DNA of 64,000 bases from an uncultured Actinomycetes bacterium (GTDB lineage Bacteria; Actinomycetota; Thermoleophilia; Gaiellales; JAICJC01), in contig CAVPTL010000008.1 in the NCBI GenBank assembly GCA_963708725.1, positions 733,697 to 797,696 of the forward strand, read 5' to 3'. Below are positions 56,726 through 63,795 of this stretch, one piece after another. Under the pieces are notes generated by a model. The model was given only the letters and a program-made list of their open reading frames with translations. It was not told where the DNA came from and ran no database searches. Position 1 is the first letter of the stretch. Every line of letters begins with the position of its first letter. The translations under genes and the position numbers were made by a program.

Positions 56726-56887
56726 ATGGACACCTCAGACATGCTGATCGTCGTGCTCGCCGTTGTGTCGGCTCTGGTCTGCGTGATGTGCTGCGCCGCG
56801 CGATTCGGATTGAGCAGTCAGGCAATCATCGCCGAGCGCGAGCAGCTCGACACGGATCACCGCGACTCCGAGGACATCGCCGCTTAG
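56726..56887 (+). CDS. Possible 53-aa single-TM peptide
   Basis: An in-frame ATG about 11 nt after GGGAGAAG gives MDTSDMLIVVLAVVSALVCVMCCAARFG.... Its TAG overlaps the TAA of the convergent cgl-like gene (TTAG). There is no homology support. Confidence 0.3.
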   Translation: MDTSDMLIVVLAVVSALVCVMCCAARFGLSSQAIIAEREQLDTDHRDSEDIAA

Positions 56888-58014
56888 CTCAGCGCTTGAT
56901 CGAGGTCGGCGATCAGGTCGCCGGCGGACTCGATTCCGACCGACAATCGCACCAATGTGCGCGGGGTCGCAAACGGCGCGTCCGCCGTCGAAGCATGAGT
57001 CATCTGTGCGGGATGCTCGATCAGGCTCTCGACTCCTCCGAGGCTCTCGGCCAGAGACCACACCGTGGTGCGAGCGACGAGCGCGACGGCTTCGTCTTCG
57101 GATGAACTCAGAAACGAGATCATCCCTCCGAAGCCGTCCATCTGGCGTGCGGCGATCTCGTGGCCGGGATGACCGCTCAGCCCGGGGTAGAGCACCCGCT
57201 CGACTCTGGGATGGCCGCTGAGGAACTCGACCACGGCAGCCGCGTTGTCGCAGTGTGCGCGCATCCGCACCGCCAGCGTCTTCAACCCCCGCAGCACGAG
57301 CCAGGCGTCGAACGGCCCGGGGATCGCGCCCAGCGAGTTTTGAAGAAACCGCAGCTGTTCGGCCAGGCCGTCGTCGCTGGTCGCGGCGAACCCGCCGACC
57401 AGGTCGGAGTGCCCGCCGAGGTACTTCGTGGTCGAGTGCAGCACGATGTCGGCACCAAGCTCGACCGGCCGCTGGAGGTACGGCGAGGCGAAGGTGTTGT
57501 CGACCACCAGCAGGGCGCCGGCGGCATGCGCGGCCTCCGCCGCTGCGCGGATATCGACGACGTTCAGGAGCGGGTTGGTGGGAGTCTCGATCCACACCAG
57601 CCGCGTGTCGGCGTCCAAATGGGCTGCGAGATCGGTGTTGCAGGTCTCGGCGTCGAGAAACTCGAACCGCACACCGCGCGGCTCGTACACCTTTGAGAAC
57701 AGCCGGTAGGTGCCGCCGTACACGTCGTTGACAGCCACCACCCGATCGCCGGGGCTCACGAGGTGCATGACGGTCGTCGCCGCGGCCATGCCGGAGGCAA
57801 AGGCCACTCCGTGGGTGCTCGACTCGAGGTCTGCCAGGCACTCCTCGAGCGCGCGCCGAGTCGGGTTCGCGGTGCGCGAGTAGTCGTAGCCGCCCTTGAG
57901 CTGACCGACAGCCTCCTGCACGTAGGTCGAGGTCTGGTAGATCGGGACGGTCACCGCGCCGGTCGACGGATCGGGTTCCTGGCCCGCGTGGATCGCACGT
58001 GTCTCGAAATCCAT
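56884..58014 (-). CDS. Cystathionine gamma-lyase/gamma-synthase family PLP enzyme
   Basis: Start placed at MDFETRAIHAGQ (ATG 58014). The PLP-lysine block is HSTTKYLGGHSD. The ORF-track upstream extension is Arg-rich. Confidence 0.88.
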   Translation of the reverse strand: MDFETRAIHAGQEPDPSTGAVTVPIYQTSTYVQEAVGQLKGGYDYSRTANPTRRALEECLADLESSTHGVAFASGMAAATTVMHLVSPGDRVVAVNDVYGGTYRLFSKVYEPRGVRFEFLDAETCNTDLAAHLDADTRLVWIETPTNPLLNVVDIRAAAEAAHAAGALLVVDNTFASPYLQRPVELGADIVLHSTTKYLGGHSDLVGGFAATSDDGLAEQLRFLQNSLGAIPGPFDAWLVLRGLKTLAVRMRAHCDNAAAVVEFLSGHPRVERVLYPGLSGHPGHEIAARQMDGFGGMISFLSSSEDEAVALVARTTVWSLAESLGGVESLIEHPAQMTHASTADAPFATPRTLVRLSVGIESAGDLIADLDQALS

Positions 58015-58034
58015 GCGGGCCAGTCTACCGGGGG

Positions 58035-59144
58035 TCAGGCGACGGCCAGACCGAGCGTGCGAGCGAGCCGGTCGAGCGCTCGCTCCAGCGGCTGGGAGCT
58101 TCGGAAGCCGCGTTCCGGGTGATAGGCGACGACGCGCAGGTGACCGGCCTTGCGGTCGGCCTTCAGGTCGGCGCGGCCAACGATGCGATCGCCCGACACC
58201 AACGGAAGCACGTAGTAGCCGTACTGCCGCTGCGGAGCGGGCTTGTAGACCTCGATCAGGTGGTCGAACCCGACCACTCGGCGGGCGAACGGGCGATCCC
58301 AAAGCAGGTTGTCGAACGGTGAGATCAGGACGGTGGCGGTGGGGCTCGCATCGAAGCTCGTCCCGGCCGGAACCAGCACGGGGGCCCCGCCGTCGTCGAC
58401 GTCGTGGCGATCCAGCAGACCCTCGCGCACGAGCGCGTCGGAGTGTGGCTGGAGTCGCGCGACGCCGCCCTTCAGCCGCGCGTGCTCGCACACCCCCCGC
58501 TCGGTCAGTGCTCCGCGGGTGGTCACCGCCCACAGTGTCACCGCGCGCAGAAACTCGGTCTCGGTGGGAATCGGCGCCTCCAGATACGCAGCCGGGATCA
58601 CGCGTTCGCTGAGGTCGTACAACCGCTGGAATCCCTGGCGCCCGGCGATCGCCAGATCACCCGAGCTCCACAGCGCCTCGAGCATGATCTTTGCCGGCTT
58701 CCGATTCCACATCCCGCCGGATCCCTTGCCCTCGAAATGACGCGAGCCCAGCGCACCGCGCTCGCGAATCTCACCGAGCACCTGGTCGGCCAGCCGCGGA
58801 TCCTTGGCGATCACCGCCCCGTGCCACGGGTGGATTCGAAACTCGTCCATTCGGCGCTTCCACATCGGCCAGTTGTCGGTCGTCATCAGGCAGGCCTCGT
58901 GCGCCCAGTACTCGAACACCCGACCCTCACCGAGCAGCTTTGAGATCGTGCCCTTGGGGTAGACACCGATGCGGGCACCGAGCGTGAGCCGGTGGCTTCG
59001 GTCCACCGTCGAGATGGAGTCGAGCTGCACCGCGCCCAGCCGGCGAATCGTGGCCTCGACATCGTCGGCGTTCGAGTTCAGACGCCGACCCGCATACCCC
59101 TGCGCCGCGATCACGTGGCGGCGGAGGGCGTTCACCGAGATCAT
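58035..59144 (-). CDS. Winged-helix YcaQ/AlkZ-family protein (DUF1006; interstrand-crosslink DNA glycosylase family)
   Basis: 369 aa with blocks RRLGAVQLDSISTVDRSHRLTLGARIG and FEYWAHEACL. The ATG overlaps the cbs stop (ATGA). Confidence 0.7.
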   Translation of the reverse strand: MISVNALRRHVIAAQGYAGRRLNSNADDVEATIRRLGAVQLDSISTVDRSHRLTLGARIGVYPKGTISKLLGEGRVFEYWAHEACLMTTDNWPMWKRRMDEFRIHPWHGAVIAKDPRLADQVLGEIRERGALGSRHFEGKGSGGMWNRKPAKIMLEALWSSGDLAIAGRQGFQRLYDLSERVIPAAYLEAPIPTETEFLRAVTLWAVTTRGALTERGVCEHARLKGGVARLQPHSDALVREGLLDRHDVDDGGAPVLVPAGTSFDASPTATVLISPFDNLLWDRPFARRVVGFDHLIEVYKPAPQRQYGYYVLPLVSGDRIVGRADLKADRKAGHLRVVAYHPERGFRSSQPLERALDRLARTLGLAVA

Positions 59145-60544
59145 CGAGCGCCGGGCTCCCGTTGGGCGGCCAGATACTCGAGCAGGTCAGAGCGGGTCAG
59201 CACGCCCGCGGGCCGTCCCCCGTCGGCCACGACGACCGCGGGGCTGCCGCCGGTGAGGTCGGCGAACACGCGGTCGATCGATTCGCCGGCGTCGACAACG
59301 TGCAGCGGCGGCTGCATCGCCTCGGCCACCTCATGCTCGAGCGCGGTGGGGTCTTTGAACACGCGGTCGAGCAGTCCGCGCTCGTGCAGCGAGCCCACCA
59401 CGTCGTCGAGCTCCGCGGGGTCTCGACGCACCACCGGGAGCTGCGAGATCGAGTAGCGCTGCATCAGCGCGATCGCGTCGCCCACCCGACGGTGGGTTTC
59501 GATTACCACCAGCTCGGGGACGCCGGTTTGGCTGCTTCGGTGGTACTGCAGCACCTCCCCCACCGTCGGCGTGGCGGTGCTGCCCCGTTCGAGCAGGCCA
59601 TGTTCCAGCATGTAGTTGTCGTCGTAGAACTTGCTCAGGTATGCACGGCCGCTGTCGGGGATGAGCGTGACCACGGTGGCGTCGGGGCCAAGGCCGCGTG
59701 CCGTCTCGACGGCCGCGAACACCGCGGTGCCGCCCGATCCGCCAACCAGCAGCCCCTCTTCTCGGGCCATCCTTCTGGCCATCACGAACGAGTCGCGGTC
59801 AGAGACGGTGATGAAGCGGTCGATCAGTGAGAGATTCATGGTCGCCGGGTAGAAGTCCTCGCCAATGCCCTCGACCAGATAGGGGTGGACATCGTCGGGC
59901 TGCGAGTAGATCGAGCCCTCGGGGTCTGCGCCGACGACCACCAGGTCGGGCTTTTGCTCCTTCAGGTAGCGCGAGATGCCCGACACGGTGCCACCCGTCC
60001 CCAGCGCGATCACCAGGGCGTCGATCTCGCCGCCAGTCTGCTCCCAGATCTCGGGGCCGGTGGTGTCGTAGTGGGCCTGCGGATTGGCCATGTTGGCGTA
60101 TTGATTGGGCTTGAAACCGCCCGGGATCTCCTCGGCGAGCCGGTCAGACACCGAGTAGTAACTCTCGGGTGACTCAGGCTCGACCGCGGTCGGGCAGATC
60201 ACGACCTCGGCACCGTAGGCCCGCAGCAGCGAGATCTTCTCGCGGCTCATCTTGTCGGGCATCACGAAGATGCAGCGATACCCCTTGATCGCAGCGGCGA
60301 TGGCCAGGCCGACGCCGGTGTTGCCCGAGGTGGGCTCGACGATCGTGCCACCCGGCTTGAGGCTGCCGTCGCGCTCGGCGGCCTCGATCATCCTGATCCC
60401 GATCCGATCCTTGACCGAGCCGCCGGGGTTGAGGTACTCGAGCTTGGCGACGACCGTCGCCGGCACGTCTCGGGTGACCGCTTGCAGCCGCACCAGCGGG
60501 GTGCCCCCGATCAGCTCGACGACGGTGGGGTACGTGCGGGTCAC
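59141..60544 (-). CDS. cbs: Cystathionine beta-synthase (PLP domain plus C-terminal CBS pair)
   Basis: GTG 60544 overlaps the upstream stop (GTGA). The PLP lysine block is NPGGSVKDRIG. The C-terminus has tandem CBS-like segments. Confidence 0.85.
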   Translation of the reverse strand: MTRTYPTVVELIGGTPLVRLQAVTRDVPATVVAKLEYLNPGGSVKDRIGIRMIEAAERDGSLKPGGTIVEPTSGNTGVGLAIAAAIKGYRCIFVMPDKMSREKISLLRAYGAEVVICPTAVEPESPESYYSVSDRLAEEIPGGFKPNQYANMANPQAHYDTTGPEIWEQTGGEIDALVIALGTGGTVSGISRYLKEQKPDLVVVGADPEGSIYSQPDDVHPYLVEGIGEDFYPATMNLSLIDRFITVSDRDSFVMARRMAREEGLLVGGSGGTAVFAAVETARGLGPDATVVTLIPDSGRAYLSKFYDDNYMLEHGLLERGSTATPTVGEVLQYHRSSQTGVPELVVIETHRRVGDAIALMQRYSISQLPVVRRDPAELDDVVGSLHERGLLDRVFKDPTALEHEVAEAMQPPLHVVDAGESIDRVFADLTGGSPAVVVADGGRPAGVLTRSDLLEYLAAQREPGAR

Positions 60545-61368
60545 TCCGGCCAGACGTGGGAGTGGAAGAAGCCTTTCCAGGCCGACCACCAGTCATCGCC
60601 ACGCGAGATCAGAAGGCGCGAGTCGCGGATCTCGACGTCGGGCCGGTAGCGGTACTGCTCGGCATGGTCGGAGCTGGCAAGCTCGACCGCGATTTCGCAG
60701 GGGTGCCCAGGGTCGTACGGCGCGACCGCGGTGAGGTCGGCGAGTGCCTTGCGGGCGCCATCCTCGACCATTGTGCGCGCGACGGTGGGGGACTTGTGGC
60801 GAGCGCTGTACCGACCCAGGCTCTGCTTGACCGCCACGGTCGAGAGGCCCTGGCCGAGCAGCTCGGTCGATTCGCGGCATACGGCTTCGTCACCGGTGAC
60901 CAGCAGCACCGGGCAGCCCCACGTGCCGCAGAGCGCGGCGTTGATACCGACCTCGCCAACCTCCACCCCGTTGAAGCTGACCGAGCGCCAATGGGTGCTC
61001 GAAACTGTGTGGTTGAGGCCGCCGTCGGGAGTCCCGGCGCGGGCGTGCTGGCCGATGAAGAGCGCGGCATCGCACCCCTGTTCGAGAAACTCGGTGTAGT
61101 CGGTCCACTCACGCTGAACGACGAACTCGCAGCGGGGATCGAGCTCGTCGGGAATCAGGGAGTTGAACGTCCAGCCGTTACCGGCGCCGTGGCAGTCCAT
61201 CACCACGACCTCGGTGGCCCCGGCGGAGAAGCTTCCGCGCACCGCGGCGTTGATCTCCTCGGTGTAGAGCTTGCGGGCCTCGAAGTACTGCGGCGTACCA
61301 CCGTCGACCTGATCCCAGGTGGTGATTCCGGCCACGCCTTCCATGTCACTGATGATGAAGACCCGCAT
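60541..61368 (-). CDS. Peptidase M55 (DppA-type D-aminopeptidase) family
   Basis: MRVFIISDMEGVAGI... is the typical M55 N-terminus. 275 aa. Confidence 0.8.
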   Translation of the reverse strand: MRVFIISDMEGVAGITTWDQVDGGTPQYFEARKLYTEEINAAVRGSFSAGATEVVVMDCHGAGNGWTFNSLIPDELDPRCEFVVQREWTDYTEFLEQGCDAALFIGQHARAGTPDGGLNHTVSSTHWRSVSFNGVEVGEVGINAALCGTWGCPVLLVTGDEAVCRESTELLGQGLSTVAVKQSLGRYSARHKSPTVARTMVEDGARKALADLTAVAPYDPGHPCEIAVELASSDHAEQYRYRPDVEIRDSRLLISRGDDWWSAWKGFFHSHVWPE

Positions 61369-61414
61369 GCGCCGCGCACTCTATCGAAGTCCGCAAACTG
61401 CGCGAAATTCGTGG

Positions 61415-61443
61415 TTGCAGACCGGGCCTACATCCCTTAACTT
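61415..61443 (+). promoter_or_regulatory. Candidate promoter TTGCAG-N17-TAACTT in front of structured RNA copy 2
   Basis: TTGCAG lies at 61415-61420 and TAACTT at 61438-61443, homologous in position to 56498-56526. Confidence 0.5.
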
Positions 61444-61450
61444 GACTCCT

Positions 61451-61558
61451 GCGCCGCTGAGGGCAGCCAAGTAGGTTGAAACCGGGCGGAGGGATCGTAG
61501 GGGCGACTCGAAAATCCTTTCGGCCGGCGGACGAAAGGCAAGCCGGAGCGGCGAATCC
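61451..61558 (+). ncRNA. Unclassified conserved structured RNA, copy 2 (strand not settled)
   Basis: Closing helix 61452-61458 pairs with 61547-61553. A second helix pairs 61462-61464 with 61542-61544. A hairpin spans 61516-61538 with the loop GCCGGCGGA. Confidence 0.5.
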
Positions 61559-61565
61559 TTTTAAT

Positions 61566-61746
61566 ACGGGGGGCGCTTGGGTGGGGTTCTGTTGCGGCTG
61601 GTTCGCGCCGGCTGTGGCTGCGTCCCACGCGACGTGCGGTGCTCAACGTGGCCGCTGGCCACGCCTGCGCTCCGCTCGCCGCTCGATCCTTGCCACAACC
61701 ACCGCGCCCTGCGCCTCACGACGAACCCCACCCAAGCGCCCCCCGT
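61566..61746. repeat. B-type hairpin element B2: 181 nt bounded by a perfect 24-bp inverted repeat
   Basis: acggggggcgcttgggtggggttc (61566-61589) pairs with gaaccccacccaagcgccccccgt (61723-61746). An internal hairpin gtggcc-gct-ggccac is present. The core at 61669-61697 is shared with 36225-36253. Confidence 0.75.
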
Positions 61747-61749
61747 GTG

Positions 61750-61782
61750 GTGAATAAATGGTGCCAGGCACCTTTTATTCAT
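61750..61782. repeat. Palindromic intergenic repeat copy 7 (33 nt, 2 arm mismatches, centre A)
   Basis: Sequence gtgaataaatggtgccAggcaccttttattcat. Confidence 0.8.
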
Positions 61783-61793
61783 GGGGCGCTTTT

Positions 61794-61822
61794 GTGACGG
61801 AATCGTTGCATTCACCTATACT
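61794..61822 (+). promoter_or_regulatory. Candidate promoter GTGACG-N17-TATACT, 9 nt before ATG 61832 (leaderless or near-leaderless)
   Basis: Hexamers at 61794-61799 and 61817-61822. Confidence 0.45.
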
Positions 61823-61831
61823 CGGCTCGCG

Positions 61832-62938
61832 ATGAAGATGCGAGCTGCGGTGTTGGAGGAGTTTGGGGCGCCGTTGGTGGTGCAGGAGATCGATCTTGCC
61901 GATCCCGCCCCCGGCGAGGTGCTCGTGCGTTTGGTCGCCTGCGGCGTCTGCCACACAGATCTCTACACCGCCTCTGGAGCCGATCCGTCGGGGTACGCCC
62001 CCACTGTGCTGGGCCACGAGGGTGCGGGCGTGGTCGAGGCGGTCGGCGAGGGAGTCTCGCTGGTTGCGGTTGGCGATCATGTGGTCACCCTGTTTTCGCC
62101 CCAGTGCGGCAAGTGCATCCACTGCCTGAGCCCCAAGACCAACCTGTGCCTGGCGATCCGCGAGCAGCAGAACCTGGGGTACCTGCCCAACGGCACCGCT
62201 CGGCTGTCACGCGACGGCGAGCCGATCCGGCACTTCATGGGCACCTCGACATTTGCGGAGTACACCGTGATGCCCGAGATCGCTCTGGCCAAGATCTCGC
62301 CAGAGGCACCGCTCGAGGGGGCTTGCCTGTTTGCCTGCGGGCTCTCGACCGGACTGGGCGCGGCAATCAACACCGCCAAGGTCGAGCCGGGATCGACGTG
62401 CGTGGTGTTCGGCGCCGGCATGGTCGGGCTCGGCGCCGTCGCGGGCTGCCGGTTACAGGGCGCCGAGCGGATCGTGTGCGTGGACATGTCGCAGGAGCGG
62501 CTTGAACTGGCCCGTGGCCAGGGGGCGACCGAGTTGATGATCGGCGGCGACGACGCCGTCGAGCGGATCGTCGAGATGACCGGCGGCTTCGGGGCGGACT
62601 ACACCTTCGAGGCCACCGGCAACGTGCGCGTCATGCGCCAGGCGGTCGAGTCGGCGCGGATGGGCTGGGGCCTCGCCACCGTCGCCGGCGTCGCGGGCCG
62701 GGGAGAGGTGCTTGAGGTGATCCCCCGTTTTCTGATCACCGGTCGGCGAATCGCCGGCTCGTCGTTCGGCGGGGTCAAGGGGCGAGAAGGCGTGCCGAAG
62801 CTGATTCAGCGCTGGCTGGACGGCGAGATCGACGTCGACCCGTTCCTCTCGCACAGGATCACGCTCGACGAGGTCAATCGCGGATTTGAGCTGATGGAAG
62901 CCCAGGACGGCATCCGCAGCGTCATCGAGTTCGGCTAG
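61832..62938 (+). CDS. Zinc-dependent alcohol dehydrogenase, class III-like (thiol-dependent formaldehyde dehydrogenase family)
   Basis: Start placed at MKMRAAVLEEFG. Motifs CGVCHTD, GHEGAGVVEAVG, structural-zinc Cys cluster CGKCIHCLSPKTNLC, and GAGMVGLG. Confidence 0.85.
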   Translation: MKMRAAVLEEFGAPLVVQEIDLADPAPGEVLVRLVACGVCHTDLYTASGADPSGYAPTVLGHEGAGVVEAVGEGVSLVAVGDHVVTLFSPQCGKCIHCLSPKTNLCLAIREQQNLGYLPNGTARLSRDGEPIRHFMGTSTFAEYTVMPEIALAKISPEAPLEGACLFACGLSTGLGAAINTAKVEPGSTCVVFGAGMVGLGAVAGCRLQGAERIVCVDMSQERLELARGQGATELMIGGDDAVERIVEMTGGFGADYTFEATGNVRVMRQAVESARMGWGLATVAGVAGRGEVLEVIPRFLITGRRIAGSSFGGVKGREGVPKLIQRWLDGEIDVDPFLSHRITLDEVNRGFELMEAQDGIRSVIEFG

Positions 62939-62950
62939 AGCCGCCGACCG

Positions 62951-63694
62951 CTACGAACTGCGTCGGAAGACCCGGCGCCATCCGCCGCGGCCGTCGTCTT
63001 CGATCGCTGCGACACCCACCGCTCCGCGAAGGTCGTTCACGTCGAGGGGAGTGTCGGCCTCGGTGGCCCGCCGGCCGCCGTTGAGGATGTGCTGGATCCG
63101 CTGGCGGTTGATGCCGTCGACCAGGATGAAGCGGGCTCCGACGATCGTGCGCCCGGGCTGGGGGCTCTCACGGAGCGAAGCGATCCGCACCTCCGCATCG
63201 ACCTCCTCGGAGAAGAACCGGCCGTGGAACATCAGCTCGTCGCCGACCCGAAGCACGCGGTTGGTGGCGAACCCGACGCCGGTGAGCGAGAGGTCGGTCA
63301 TGGTGCCGTCGACGCGGTCGCCGTCAACGACGTCACGACAGCTGAGCGCGGTCAGCCAGGCGATGCCGCCGGCCGGCTGGCGCACCGTCGTTCGCCTGGT
63401 CGTGTCGAGGCCGACGCGTTGGGCCCGCAGTTCGACCCGCGCCAGCGCTTTGGAGTGAAACTCGGCGGATTCGACGCGCAGTGCAACCATCCACGGGCGC
63501 TCGTCCTCGTCGATCACACGGCCGATCAGCGCCATCCCCGTGGAGACGCGCAGACGCGGTGCAAGCGCGACGGCCCGGGTGCGGTCGACCGCGGTCACGT
63601 TGAGCTTTATCGGCGCCCCGCCCTCGACCTCCAACTCGACCTCAGGGGCCGAGAAAAGCCGTGCAATGGCCAGGGTTGGAGTGAGCCGGGGCAT
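62951..63694 (-). CDS. PilZ-domain protein (c-di-GMP receptor candidate)
   Basis: The RRTTVRQ ... DLSLTGVG pattern fits RxxxR / D-x-S-x-x-G. The start is moved to ATG 63694 because the ORF-track start at 63802 would overlap the divergent gene. Confidence 0.6.
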   Translation of the reverse strand: MPRLTPTLAIARLFSAPEVELEVEGGAPIKLNVTAVDRTRAVALAPRLRVSTGMALIGRVIDEDERPWMVALRVESAEFHSKALARVELRAQRVGLDTTRRTTVRQPAGGIAWLTALSCRDVVDGDRVDGTMTDLSLTGVGFATNRVLRVGDELMFHGRFFSEEVDAEVRIASLRESPQPGRTIVGARFILVDGINRQRIQHILNGGRRATEADTPLDVNDLRGAVGVAAIEDDGRGGWRRVFRRSS

Positions 63695-63795
63695 TGCGAT
63701 GTTATCGGCACATTCCGACCGCAACTGTACTATCGGGTCAACCGGTCGATGACCGGGCCGTGCGGCGGGGGTCGCCGCAGTGGTCTTACCAAAAT

